This document shows positions 17,835 to 27,591 of a stretch of DNA of 64,000 nt, piece after piece. Positions within the stretch are counted from its first letter, which is position 1; each line of letters begins with the position of its first letter. This stretch comes from an uncultured virus (IMG/VR IMGVR_UViG_3300009060_000024) (Duplodnaviria > Heunggongvirae > Uroviricota > Caudoviricetes). The position numbers and the translations under genes were made by a program. Where the stretch lies: the IMG/VR virus record IMGVR_UViG_3300009060_000024; one strand, given 5' to 3'. The notes beneath the pieces were generated by a model, which saw only the letters and a program-made list of their open reading frames with translations, did no database searches and was not told the origin of the DNA.

Positions 17835-18145
17835 TACTCGTCAATTTTAGATTGTCTTGTATCGCTAACTGCATCTTTTACTTTCTCAGACGTTTCCTTA
17901 GCGGCTTCAGAGATGTCTTTGCCGCTTATTTCTTTAACGTACACCCACCCCACCACAGACGCACAAATAAGATAAACTAACCAATTTGGCACCGGCCCAG
18001 ATATATATGATATGAGCTGCGATATTGAGTGCTGAAAGAACAGGGCAAATAATACTGGAAGAGATCCTGCTTGTTTCTCAAGTTTTCTCAACTTGTGTAT
18101 ATATCGAGTGTTATCGCTGTCGTCATCTCCCATACTATACTTCAC
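17831..18145 (-). CDS. small membrane protein
   Basis: Two hydrophobic segments. Confidence 0.6.
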   Translation of the reverse strand: MKYSMGDDDSDNTRYIHKLRKLEKQAGSLPVLFALFFQHSISQLISYISGPVPNWLVYLICASVVGWVYVKEISGKDISEAAKETSEKVKDAVSDTRQSKIDEY

Positions 18146-18237
18146 AACGCACGATCTATTAACCGTTATGGATCATTAGATTTTACGATGTGTTCAGTTG
18201 GGGTACTTATTTATACTCAGGGCGTATAATTACACCC

Positions 18238-18546
18238 GTGCCAAGAATACTAGAGGCTCATGTTGAGTCAAGACATGGAGAAAGAGGAATAGTGTTTAAT
18301 GTGCGTACTCTTGGAGGTACAGGAGTAACACAGTCTCAAAGAGCAAAGGCGTACATACTAACAAAGTTCCCATCTGCTATAACAGATGTTGCAACAACAC
18401 AAACAGAATTGGCTCCAGGCAGTAGGGGACTGTTAAAGGAATACAATACAGAAATATTTGTGCCACAATCATCCATATCTGAGAACATATCTCTCACTAG
18501 AATCTTAGAAATGGTAAAGAGCAAGGTAAACGATATAACACAATAA
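18238..18546 (+). CDS. small basic paralog-family protein
   Basis: FNVRT..QRAKAYILTKFP..KEYNTEIFVP, like 42709..43005. Confidence 0.65.
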   Translation: MPRILEAHVESRHGERGIVFNVRTLGGTGVTQSQRAKAYILTKFPSAITDVATTQTELAPGSRGLLKEYNTEIFVPQSSISENISLTRILEMVKSKVNDITQ

Positions 18547-18548
18547 CA

Positions 18549-18797
18549 ATGGTAAGACCAAATCAAGTAATAAGTTCAGATACGTCTAAGGGCACTTTAA
18601 CATTCATAATGTTTGGCCGTTCTCCCAAACAAGCCCAGCGCAGAGTTCTTGCTCTTAACTTCCCTGGAAAGTATCTTAGGATGAAAACAGAGGGGAGTGA
18701 TCCAATGAGGTTTGTTGTTGGAACTGAGCAAGTCACAAAGGGAATGGTGAATAGATATGCAGTCACTATAAATGCAAGGGGTATTGGAAGCTCATAA
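18549..18797 (+). CDS. small basic paralog-family protein
   Basis: TFIMFGRSPKQAQRR..NFP..RYAVTI. Confidence 0.6.
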   Translation: MVRPNQVISSDTSKGTLTFIMFGRSPKQAQRRVLALNFPGKYLRMKTEGSDPMRFVVGTEQVTKGMVNRYAVTINARGIGSS

Positions 18798-19267
18798 TGG
18801 ATACTGATAAAAAGTATCTCGATGATAAAATATATGTTGTAATGGCTGGTGAGTACCCACCGCAACGTATTATAGAGGCGAGAAAAAAGATGCACAGGGA
18901 GAGTGTAGAAGACCCAGGCAGTCCCCTTGTAGGACCCGAAGAGCTTCAGTATGAGCCTGCTTCGTCAAGTCAAAGGTTTGGATCAAACGCCACGGTAGAT
19001 GGATGGGTGACTTTCTATGATCCAAAGAAACTCAAACAGGAGAAAGCGTTTAAGCATTACACATTCCCATTCAGAGATGTGAATAAAGACGATGATCCAT
19101 GGGCAGCCTTCCCAGATAAACCCAACTTTAAACAGCATCCAATATGGAAATGGACAAATCCTAATGACGATCCTCACGAAAGCCTAACGTTATCTCCAAG
19201 CATAGGAGTTGGGCAGCCAACAGAATTTCATTGCCATATAAGAAATGGAGAGATTGATTGGATATGA
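18797..19267 (+). CDS. DUF6527-like protein
   Basis: W..N...LTLSPSI...HCHIRNGEIDW. Confidence 0.6.
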   Translation: MDTDKKYLDDKIYVVMAGEYPPQRIIEARKKMHRESVEDPGSPLVGPEELQYEPASSSQRFGSNATVDGWVTFYDPKKLKQEKAFKHYTFPFRDVNKDDDPWAAFPDKPNFKQHPIWKWTNPNDDPHESLTLSPSIGVGQPTEFHCHIRNGEIDWI

Positions 19268-20187
19268 AAGGTAAGAACGTAGTTGTTACTGGTGGTGCAG
19301 GTTTCATAGGATCGAATCTGTGCAATCATCTATGCAAAAATAACAATGTAACAGCGATTGACAATGAATATCTAGGGGACAGAGAGAATCTAGATGACGA
19401 TGTTGAGTTCATATTAGATGATGCTGTTACTGTCAGCATAGATTTCGATGTTGATATACTATTTCATCTTGCGGCTTTGTCATCGTACAAAATGCATGAA
19501 GAATCAACACGCAAAGGGGCTAGAGTTAACATAGAAGGATTCGTTAATTGTGTAGAGGAATGTTCAGATAACGGATGCGACACAGTTGTATATGCAAGCA
19601 CGTCTTCTATATATGGGAGCAGGACATCTCCGTCTAAGGAGAATATTGATGTTTCAGTAAACACAGCGTATGAAGCATCAAAGATGGCACGGGAAAAGTA
19701 TGCAGAATATTACTCTACCCACAGGGGAATGTCAATGGCCGGTATGCGTTTCTTCTCTGTGTATCAGGGCTACGGTGGCAACGAGGAGCATAAAGGAGAG
19801 TTCGCAAACATAATATCTCAGTTCGCAGATGATATATCAAAAAGCAGAAGCCCGGTGATATACGGAGATGGCACTCAGACACGCGACTTTATACACGTTG
19901 ATGACATTGTTAAAGGTCTCGAAGCTGCTGCTGACAATAGTCTTGATGGCATTTATAATCTTGGCACACAAGACACACTCTCATTCAATGAGATTGTTGA
20001 CGAGATAAACAACCAGCTCGGTAAAAACATCACTCCAGAGTATGTAGACAATCCAATACCCGAACACGTATATGTAGAGCATACGATGTCAGATACGTCC
20101 AAGATGGAGATTGATACAGAATGGGAGCCTAAGATAAGCATAGAGCAAGGGATAACTCAGGTATGCGATCACTATAAACATGGTTAA
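19264..20187 (+). CDS. NAD-dependent epimerase/dehydratase
   Basis: VTGGAGFIGS, YEASK, GDGTQTRDFIHV. Confidence 0.95.
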   Translation: MKGKNVVVTGGAGFIGSNLCNHLCKNNNVTAIDNEYLGDRENLDDDVEFILDDAVTVSIDFDVDILFHLAALSSYKMHEESTRKGARVNIEGFVNCVEECSDNGCDTVVYASTSSIYGSRTSPSKENIDVSVNTAYEASKMAREKYAEYYSTHRGMSMAGMRFFSVYQGYGGNEEHKGEFANIISQFADDISKSRSPVIYGDGTQTRDFIHVDDIVKGLEAAADNSLDGIYNLGTQDTLSFNEIVDEINNQLGKNITPEYVDNPIPEHVYVEHTMSDTSKMEIDTEWEPKISIEQGITQVCDHYKHG

Positions 20188-20785
20188 AGGTAAATTAGGT
20201 CTTCCAAGGCCGCTTTTGAATGAAGAGTGCTCTCTTCGTATAACTGCAGAGAATACAGGGAGGCAAACTGAAAATGATCTTCTTGAGGCCATTAAGCATG
20301 CTGGTGAGGGTTATTCATTTACCATAACATCGAGTGGAACAATTGACCATGGTGCAGGAATACCAGACTCTGTGTTTGTAGATGTTGGAAACAACAGAGT
20401 TACATTGAACCAACTCGGAGAGGTTGCTTACTCGTTCTCTAAGGCAACGGGTAAGACAGAGGATGAAATATCGCTTAATGTTACTGGTAAGGTGACGATA
20501 GATTCTATAAGACCTGCAATATTCACAGAGTCATCTGGTGAGCCTAGAATGGTGATAGAGGTTGTGCCGTCTCAAGAGCCATCTCTTGAAGATTTGGCTA
20601 CAATACAGGGTGTAAACGACTCTTTTATAGATGCTGTTTTCGTAGATGGAGGAGTTTTAATAGAGACTAATTATATATCAATTCCATTGACGACTCTTGA
20701 TGATCTAGGAATGGAAATAATAGATATAGGCCTTGGATATGAAAGCATAGCGGTCACATGTGACATAGTGGAGACTGGCATTTGA
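20180..20785 (+). CDS. hypothetical protein (GLPRPL N-terminus)
   Basis: 201-aa ORF; N-terminus resembles 39998..40282. Confidence 0.7.
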   Translation: MVKGKLGLPRPLLNEECSLRITAENTGRQTENDLLEAIKHAGEGYSFTITSSGTIDHGAGIPDSVFVDVGNNRVTLNQLGEVAYSFSKATGKTEDEISLNVTGKVTIDSIRPAIFTESSGEPRMVIEVVPSQEPSLEDLATIQGVNDSFIDAVFVDGGVLIETNYISIPLTTLDDLGMEIIDIGLGYESIAVTCDIVETGI

Positions 20786-20786
20786 T

Positions 20787-20864
20787 GAGATTGGTTTAGA
20801 TTGGTATATTGTGGCGTCAAAGCATAGAGTCGCGTGAACACGGTTAGTACAGGGCTTCAAACGT
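20787..20864 (+). repeat. dispersed 78-bp element, copy 1
   Basis: Aligns ungapped with the reverse complement of 60240..60317 (about 57/78 identical, counted by hand). Confidence 0.8.
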
Positions 20865-20937
20865 CCGTTTTCAAGGGGTAGAGGGCGTAACAACGCCGTT
20901 CGTGGGCCATATTGACGCTACCGAACCCCCGTTACGA

Positions 20938-21984
20938 TCAATCGAGCCCGATGGTTATGTTTCTGTAAGAGATCCCACCACCTCCACCTCCAGATGGAAG
21001 TCTCATGTAGAATGTCCCTATACTCTGATTATTGTTTAGTATAGTCACTACGCTTTCTGTTCCTGTTAGGTACTGTCGTTCTGCCTTAATTTTCCAATCG
21101 CCTATATTTGAAATGGGAACGTGGAAGGACGCATCTCCTGCCGGTGCTGTTGAGAATGATTGGGTGGAGGCAGACCCCTGTGGGCCTATTGCAGATATTG
21201 TAGCGTCTGTTACAGCTATGGGATTGGTTGGCTGAGCTTGGCCAGCTTTTGCAGCATAAACATGCCCCTGAGCCTCGATACCAAAGTAATTATATCCAAC
21301 AGTAACTCCTTTAGTTGGCTGAGATAACGCGGCCTCTCCTGCTGGAAAACCTACGTTATATGGGTTTGTAGCACTGTCCCCAAATGCATGAGACAATGAA
21401 TATGTTGAGGTGCCCATTGAAAATGTCCCTTTTACAAGGGCGTCTATCTTATTTTGTCTTGAGTACGACCATGTTGGCATCGGCCCTCCGCCTGTACCTG
21501 CTCTTCCACCAGCCCCAGCGTTTATTAATTTGAGTTCTCCAGCAGGAAAGCCTACATCATATGGGTTTCCCTGGCTTGTTGTGAATGCTGTTGGTATCGA
21601 ATGGTTTGAAGTTCCTAGGGAGAATGATGTTGTTACAAGCGTATTGAGTTTCTTTTGTCTGGGGAACAACCATGCGTACATGTCCCCGCCACCCGAACCC
21701 GACCTCCCAGAAGAAGATATAGACACATTTGCTTGTTCTCCATTGGGCAGTCCTCCAACATCATATGCTTTGTTGGTGTAAGACACTCCTGTTGGAACTG
21801 TATGAGCTGTTGTGCCCATCGAGAATGTTGTGCGTACTAACGCTTGGTATTTGTTTATTCTCGTCTCTGACCATGCGTTCATAGATCCACCTCCAGTCCC
21901 TTGGCGGCTGGAGGTGGGTACAGATGTTACTGCCTCTGTTTGGAAGACATTATATGGCTGAGATGATGAGTTGCTGAACGACAC
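20938..21984 (-). CDS. putative virion surface protein with three ~57-aa repeats
   Basis: Repeat GGG.M.AW..R..K...LV..TFS(M/L)GT..H....PY.VGFP.GE. Confidence 0.7.
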   Translation of the reverse strand: MSFSNSSSQPYNVFQTEAVTSVPTSSRQGTGGGSMNAWSETRINKYQALVRTTFSMGTTAHTVPTGVSYTNKAYDVGGLPNGEQANVSISSSGRSGSGGGDMYAWLFPRQKKLNTLVTTSFSLGTSNHSIPTAFTTSQGNPYDVGFPAGELKLINAGAGGRAGTGGGPMPTWSYSRQNKIDALVKGTFSMGTSTYSLSHAFGDSATNPYNVGFPAGEAALSQPTKGVTVGYNYFGIEAQGHVYAAKAGQAQPTNPIAVTDATISAIGPQGSASTQSFSTAPAGDASFHVPISNIGDWKIKAERQYLTGTESVVTILNNNQSIGTFYMRLPSGGGGGGISYRNITIGLD

Positions 21985-21989
21985 TTAAA

Positions 21990-22772
21990 TCAACTCCATA
22001 TAGTCAGTATAGACGGTTTAGCGTTTTCCCCTGTAGAATTACTGTGTCCAAATGCATGTGAATCGTATTCTGTGTTTGGGTTTGGAGCAAGAGACAATGA
22101 CAGTACGTCTAACGTTCCAACTTGTTGTTCAGTGGCGCATATTGTTGTCCCCTCAAAATCGACTCTGTTGTTAACGTAACTGCCACTCGAACCCTGGCAT
22201 GAATAAAACAGTACATTTGTACCTGATGTATATATTGATCCATAAGTTGCTAAAGTGTCACCTCCACTCCTTGCTGACATCATGGTTGTGTTTGTAGCAG
22301 ATGTAAATTCGTAGTTATACATATCTACATCAGATTGGTTATACGTTACACTTCCAGAATTTGATAGATTTGATTGGAGTGAATGTATAGCTCTCTCGAG
22401 TTTTGATTGAGGGAATGCGTTTGACGGGCTTTCAACGTTGGTCCAACTGTCTATCACGTCCCAATAACCATTCAAACGAGTTGGGACACTTTGGCTTTGT
22501 TGATAATTATTCGTTCTGTCCATGTATACTACAAACCATCCATCCTGCTTCACTCTTGCTGTTACTGTTCTGGTTGTAGAATTGCCAAAATACGTATCAT
22601 ATGTTATATCGTAATTTGCAACAAACCCGTTGTCATACAGAGTGTAACTGCTTATATTTCCATCTGCAAGGCAATCAGATGCATTTATTGAACTCACACC
22701 ACCGCTATTTATCGCGTTCCAATATGAGATCATCCCCACATTAGATGTGTTAATATCTGGTAGCGTTGCCAT
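21990..22772 (-). CDS. putative virion protein
   Basis: S/T/N-rich, beta-rich 260 aa. Confidence 0.6.
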   Translation of the reverse strand: MATLPDINTSNVGMISYWNAINSGGVSSINASDCLADGNISSYTLYDNGFVANYDITYDTYFGNSTTRTVTARVKQDGWFVVYMDRTNNYQQSQSVPTRLNGYWDVIDSWTNVESPSNAFPQSKLERAIHSLQSNLSNSGSVTYNQSDVDMYNYEFTSATNTTMMSARSGGDTLATYGSIYTSGTNVLFYSCQGSSGSYVNNRVDFEGTTICATEQQVGTLDVLSLSLAPNPNTEYDSHAFGHSNSTGENAKPSILTIWS

Positions 22773-23005
22773 CAGTCAATAAACCCTCCAGTATCATTGA
22801 TTATGTCTATAGCCTTCTCTCTAAGCTCATATCGCTTCATTTCTGTGTATGGCTCACCTCTTATTTTTAACATTCCGATTATCTCTTGTATCTCATTTTC
22901 GTTCAAGTCATCTGATTCGTTTTCAACAGGTACATTTTCTCCCGCGAGTACTCCTTCTGGAGGCTCTGCCAACGGTAGTGACTTTACTATATCTGGATCA
23001 TTCAT
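22772..23005 (-). CDS. hypothetical protein
   Basis: 77-aa ORF coupled to the next gene. Confidence 0.6.
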   Translation of the reverse strand: MNDPDIVKSLPLAEPPEGVLAGENVPVENESDDLNENEIQEIIGMLKIRGEPYTEMKRYELREKAIDIINDTGGFID

Positions 23006-23035
23006 GTGTAGTGTTGTATACTACTTTCACGGTTA

Positions 23036-24388
23036 TTAAACTTGCCCCTCTTGCTCAGCGTGCTGTTCGTACCACCCGTATACATCTCTCCAAATTTCAC
23101 TATCTTCGTTTTCATCTACGATAGTATAATATTGCCTTCTCTGAAGCCACGGTGCCTTTTTATCAGGGTCCTTTGGATGGTTTGGTATGGTCTGGAGTCC
23201 TCTTGACGCAGCTTGTTGCTGGCTTAGAGGCTCTATTAAACGTGGACCTCCCATTTTAGGAACTCGTTTAAGCATGTATATGTACTCTCTAAACGATTCG
23301 TATGTTCCAGTCCTTAGACTAAAGTTAAAGAGTCCATTAACATATGCTAAGTATACGAGTATGTCTTTAAACATTTGGAGTGCGTATGATGGACCCCTGA
23401 ACTTGAGGTAATTACGTATGTAAACACCAGTTCTAGGAAAAGTGGCTGGTGGTTGTGGAGATCCACGCCCTGTGAAAAGGGCCTCCTCACCTCTTTGCTG
23501 TGATGTGAGGTGGCCTCTTGATATTGCTTCACCTATCCCACCCATAACATCTCCAACTATTGTAGGATCTGCCTTAAAGTCTAGATTAAATGGGTTGGGC
23601 CTGTCTGTCATTTGTATTATCTCGAAGTCATACGGAGATCTTGGTCTTACAGTCTTTGTATCTTTCTTACCTACTGTGACCTCCAATTTATCGTTAGATG
23701 TAGCATATGATCTGAGTTGTTTTGGTATGTTAGGGAACTCATTTGCTAATATTTCCTCTTGGGATAGTTCTATCTGCTCCTCTTGTTCTGTTTTCTTCTC
23801 TTCGACCTCTTCCTCCTTAGTTTCTTTTGTTTCTTCCTCAGTTGGTTCTTGCTTCTCTTCCTGACTACTCACATGCTGTTCTAACGTCTGTCTTGGAGCG
23901 TTTCTGTATGAAACCTCCCCAGACATATCTATATATTCAGCTCTCGTTAGATCAAACACTTTCTTGTATTTAGTGTTTTGAACTGAATATGATATGACCT
24001 CTGGCAGCTGACTGTATGGAGCTACGTTTATAGATACGCCAGATGTGTGTTGTTTAAGAGACTCTGATACAACAACGTCTTCACTGTTAACTACGTCGTT
24101 GATCCCCGCCTCCATTATTTTTGAGCCTTGTACAAACTCGTTAGATGCATGCTCATCATTGACCCCCTCCATAGATGAGAATATGATAATGTCGAGAGGG
24201 GTTGTGCCTTCTTGGGCGTCGTCGTTAGCCCACGGACCCACTATAAATATACGTTCTAAAACTAATCTCGTAGCAGCATTTGCTTGCTCCGTGTCTACGT
24301 CCTTTAGAGTATTCTTAACATAGTTAAAGGCGTCTGTTATGGTGTCTTCTACGCCTGGCAGATCGTCCCACTTCCAAATGCCAGCCAT
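23036..24388 (-). CDS. hypothetical protein; degenerate nucleotidyltransferase-like N-terminus, acidic linker, basic C-terminal domain
   Basis: IFIVGPWANDDAQEGTTPLDIII resembles the Pol-beta GS...DxD motif with substitutions. Confidence 0.5.
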   Translation of the reverse strand: MAGIWKWDDLPGVEDTITDAFNYVKNTLKDVDTEQANAATRLVLERIFIVGPWANDDAQEGTTPLDIIIFSSMEGVNDEHASNEFVQGSKIMEAGINDVVNSEDVVVSESLKQHTSGVSINVAPYSQLPEVISYSVQNTKYKKVFDLTRAEYIDMSGEVSYRNAPRQTLEQHVSSQEEKQEPTEEETKETKEEEVEEKKTEQEEQIELSQEEILANEFPNIPKQLRSYATSNDKLEVTVGKKDTKTVRPRSPYDFEIIQMTDRPNPFNLDFKADPTIVGDVMGGIGEAISRGHLTSQQRGEEALFTGRGSPQPPATFPRTGVYIRNYLKFRGPSYALQMFKDILVYLAYVNGLFNFSLRTGTYESFREYIYMLKRVPKMGGPRLIEPLSQQQAASRGLQTIPNHPKDPDKKAPWLQRRQYYTIVDENEDSEIWRDVYGWYEQHAEQEGQV

Positions 24389-25303
24389 CTACTCGTCCTC
24401 TATGTCCATAACCTCACGTACCTGGTCCTCTGAACGGTCGTGTATATACGCGGATATTACTTGTGTGTTTGGCCCGTGTACCAACTGGTGCCGAGCTATC
24501 TCTCCTGGCTCGAATCCAGCCCAGTCGAGGTGAGTAGCTCTTGTGTGCCTCATTGTCTTAGGCATTATATTCTTATTTGAATCTATGCCAGCCTGACGAG
24601 CGTACTTTTTGGACATTTTATATATCGAATCATAGCTTATCCGTCCATGACTTGTTGTGAACAGAGGATGCACAGTCTTTTCTTCGTCCTCTATTTGTTT
24701 TATCTCCTCATGGTCCCCTCTCTCGTACTTGTCCATATACTGGTCAAGTGCTGACTTACAATTATCTTTGAGATTGAACGTTGCTCTGAACTCGTTTCCA
24801 TCTGTTGTGCGTTGCTTCTTGAGGATGGTAAATGTTATAGTGTGTACATCTTCATCCTCGTCATATCCTATATCCTCCTCATTGAGCAGTCTTATCTCTC
24901 CCGGCCTGCGTGCATACTCATACATCAGAAGGAATATTGCCCTATCTCTGTAGTTATATATAGACCCGATGAATTGTTTCCATTCGTCTTCGGTTAAGAA
25001 ATCTCCATGGTCGGTGCTAGGTTTTGGGAGCCACTGCTGCATATGCGTTATATCTCTGTTGTCTCCATGTATTGTATCAAAATAGTATTTTATAGAATTG
25101 AAGTATTGATGGATGCTGCTTGCTTTTATGTCTCCATCCTCATACCTTTCTATCATGTGGTCAACCCATTCCTCTACATCATCTACTGTGGGTTCACCTT
25201 CTCCGATGAAATCCTCTAGGTTTTTGAGTGCAGACATTCGTGTCTTCATGGTGACATCGGACACGTTGTGCTTCGTGCGCTTCTCGTATGTGTCTAGTTT
25301 CAT
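24389..25303 (-). CDS. tyrosine recombinase (Xer/integrase-like)
   Basis: ARRPGEI, K, MRHTRATH, LVH, AY catalytic residues; N-terminal SAM-like domain. Confidence 0.92.
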   Translation of the reverse strand: MKLDTYEKRTKHNVSDVTMKTRMSALKNLEDFIGEGEPTVDDVEEWVDHMIERYEDGDIKASSIHQYFNSIKYYFDTIHGDNRDITHMQQWLPKPSTDHGDFLTEDEWKQFIGSIYNYRDRAIFLLMYEYARRPGEIRLLNEEDIGYDEDEDVHTITFTILKKQRTTDGNEFRATFNLKDNCKSALDQYMDKYERGDHEEIKQIEDEEKTVHPLFTTSHGRISYDSIYKMSKKYARQAGIDSNKNIMPKTMRHTRATHLDWAGFEPGEIARHQLVHGPNTQVISAYIHDRSEDQVREVMDIEDE

Positions 25304-25554
25304 TTATCTCCTCTATTAAGACTGTTTGAGTTGATGACCTTTTCTATTCCTTCGTCATCTGCCGTGTTATATAACTCGGCCAGGCACGTTTCGAGATCCT
25401 CATCGGACATTCCCATCTTTTTGTAAGCTTGTAAGGAGTTTGCAACTTCTCCTCTAAACTCACTTCTCATTATTCCGCGCAGCTCCTTCAATCCCATGCA
25501 GTTATACATAATTAGTCGTCGTTAGACTTAATAGTTGCGCCCGTGTATATGCAC

Positions 25555-26517
25555 ATGATGCCAGATTCGGACTTTCTGCAGGAAAAACCTGAGTACATAG
25601 ATATACTCGAACGTATAATAGATTATGAAGAGAATCATACTCAGGACTGGTTAGAAGGTTATGATTGCACATGGGAGTATGGTGATGTTAGCGCTCATCC
25701 AACCAGGCTAACACAGCTTGAGATAAACGGGTTCATAGAGAAGGCGTACAATAGCAACAATACAACGCAATACGCTCTTACAAACAAGAAAGAGGTAAAG
25801 AGTATTCTTAACAGTGTTGCTGACTCGTTTGACGATGATGGTATAGTTACAAAGTTACATTCGTTCCCATCTGAAGATGGCTTGCCTGACAGATTATTCA
25901 GTAACATAGTTGGGTACGATGACGTTAAGTGGTTACTCAAGAGAGGTATAACAACAGACGACATTACTAACTTTATACTTATAGGAGAAAAAGGAACTGG
26001 AAAGTCCGTATTCCTCACTTCAATGCTCAAGCATTTCAATGACGCTAGGTACGTTGTGGCGTCAGAGGCCACATCTGCAGGCGTTCTAAAAACGCTGTTT
26101 AACGAACTGCCTAAATATTTCTTGGTGGACGAGTTTGACGATATGAAGAAGCAGCATCAGGCTGTATTCTCTTCTTATGCAGAAACAGGCATACTTAGCG
26201 AGACAAAGAACAATAAAAACCGTCAGATCAGAACCAACATAAAAACAATAGCAGCTGCTAACAATAAGAATAATATTAAGGACAATATATTCGACAGATT
26301 CACTCCAATAGAGTTTGAGCCATATACAGAGGAAGAATATAAGGAGGTGTGCTTAGGCGTGTTGCCTAATGAGGAAGGCAAATCGTATGAGGAATCCAAA
26401 CGCATTGCAGATGCTGTTTGGGATTATAAAGGATACGGAGATGTAAGAGCTGCTATACAAGTAGCTCGGCTATCTCACGGCGACCCCGAGAAAGTTGTTA
26501 AGGTTCTGAGTAACTGA
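25555..26517 (+). CDS. wHTH plus AAA+ ATPase (RuvB-like)
   Basis: FSNIVGY, GEKGTGKS, LVDEFD, IAAAN, DRF. Confidence 0.85.
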   Translation: MMPDSDFLQEKPEYIDILERIIDYEENHTQDWLEGYDCTWEYGDVSAHPTRLTQLEINGFIEKAYNSNNTTQYALTNKKEVKSILNSVADSFDDDGIVTKLHSFPSEDGLPDRLFSNIVGYDDVKWLLKRGITTDDITNFILIGEKGTGKSVFLTSMLKHFNDARYVVASEATSAGVLKTLFNELPKYFLVDEFDDMKKQHQAVFSSYAETGILSETKNNKNRQIRTNIKTIAAANNKNNIKDNIFDRFTPIEFEPYTEEEYKEVCLGVLPNEEGKSYEESKRIADAVWDYKGYGDVRAAIQVARLSHGDPEKVVKVLSN

Positions 26518-26526
26518 CTGAAGCCG

Positions 26527-26799
26527 TTACTCCATCGCGGCACGGTAGCGGTCGAGCCACTTCCCTGCCGCAGCCTCGTTGGTATTCTGATTGTACTTGT
26601 TCTGAGCGGCCTGGCTAGTAACGCCATTCTGCCAGTTGGTCTGCACCGTTGCGCTGATGTTGTCTGCCGTCGTACCGAGGAAATCCGCAACTCCAGCACG
26701 GTATGAATCGTTGTTAACGGCGTAATCGACACCGCTTGTCCACTTGTCAGCAGTCGTGTTCTCTGCCCAAGAGTTCTGGGCTTCCTGAGTTGTTGGCAT
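26527..26799 (-). CDS. candidate major nucleoprotein or abundant virion protein (90 aa, helical)
   Basis: Strong G/C-ending codon bias, own upstream TATA, A/N/Q/W-rich helices ending KWLDRYRAAME. Confidence 0.5.
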   Translation of the reverse strand: MPTTQEAQNSWAENTTADKWTSGVDYAVNNDSYRAGVADFLGTTADNISATVQTNWQNGVTSQAAQNKYNQNTNEAAAGKWLDRYRAAME

Positions 26800-26866
26800 T
26801 GTGTTACCCAACTGCGAGTATGTCGCGTGGGTATATATAATTAACCCTTATTTGGAGTGTGTCTGG

Positions 26867-27076
26867 CTATTCCCGCAGGTAGCCGCCTATCCACTTGTCG
26901 AGGTAATCCTGAAGCATGAGAGCCACTCGCTCGTTGTATTTTTCCTCTATCTGTTTGAACTCTTGCCTAACTCTACTCGTCGAGGAATCCTCCTTTGCTT
27001 TCTTCTGGTTCGTCTTTATCCTGTCCGCTTTCCTCCTTCTCGCTTCCTCCAGAAAGTCCGAGGTTCTTGATGGCAT
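26867..27076 (-). CDS. hypothetical basic helical protein
   Basis: 69 aa, overlaps the 3' end of the upstream ORF. Confidence 0.5.
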   Translation of the reverse strand: MPSRTSDFLEEARRRKADRIKTNQKKAKEDSSTSRVRQEFKQIEEKYNERVALMLQDYLDKWIGGYLRE

Positions 27077-27389
27077 CTTGTGTAAGCACGTCTTTGTTTG
27101 TCAAACCTCCGAACATGTCCCCAACTTTATTAACGAACGAGTCATTAATGTCAGATGGGTTAACTCCAAGAGTATTCGACAGAGACATCCTAAATTCGTC
27201 CTTTGCCTTCTGAGTTGTCTCCTTCTCTTTCTCCTCGTCCTCGTTAATCAATGACTCAGCAACCGCGTCGGCCAAGTCAGATGGAACCCCACGCTCATCC
27301 CCATCTTCACCACTTCCACGCAGACGGTCCATTAATGGAGTACGCCTGTCGATAAGTGGGAAAACGGGTCTACTGTCGCTATCTGACAT
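26973..27389 (-). CDS. hypothetical protein (RPVFP..RTPL N-terminus)
   Basis: 138-aa ORF. Confidence 0.65.
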   Translation of the reverse strand: MSDSDSRPVFPLIDRRTPLMDRLRGSGEDGDERGVPSDLADAVAESLINEDEEKEKETTQKAKDEFRMSLSNTLGVNPSDINDSFVNKVGDMFGGLTNKDVLTQDAIKNLGLSGGSEKEESGQDKDEPEESKGGFLDE

Positions 27390-27392
27390 TGT

Positions 27393-27536
27393 TTACTGAT
27401 TGATCTGCTGGATTTTCTGACGTGCCTTGTCAACAGCGTTCTTTCTTTGAGTTGGAAGAACAAATGGCTCGCGGCCTATAACAGCTGGACCAGTTTGATT
27501 GGTTAGTTCTCCGAATATCTTAATATCGTTTGGCAT
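27393..27536 (-). CDS. 47-aa microprotein (not in ORF track)
   Basis: MPNDIKIFGELTNQTGPAVIGREPFVLP...; upstream TATA; tight coupling to the next gene. Confidence 0.5.
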   Translation of the reverse strand: MPNDIKIFGELTNQTGPAVIGREPFVLPTQRKNAVDKARQKIQQINQ

Positions 27537-27591
27537 TACGTAAACTGATTAGACGTGCGTATTAATAAAAGTAGTGGTGGTGGTTACGTAC

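Noticed and set aside
24389..25303. Provirus boundary or att site at the recombinase
   Set aside because: No adjacent tRNA duplication or host genes; viral-type genes continue on both sides.
25555..26517. Terminase or FtsK-type packaging ATPase
   Set aside because: Motifs are AAA+ (sensor-1 N, DRF arginine finger), not terminase or FtsK/HerA.
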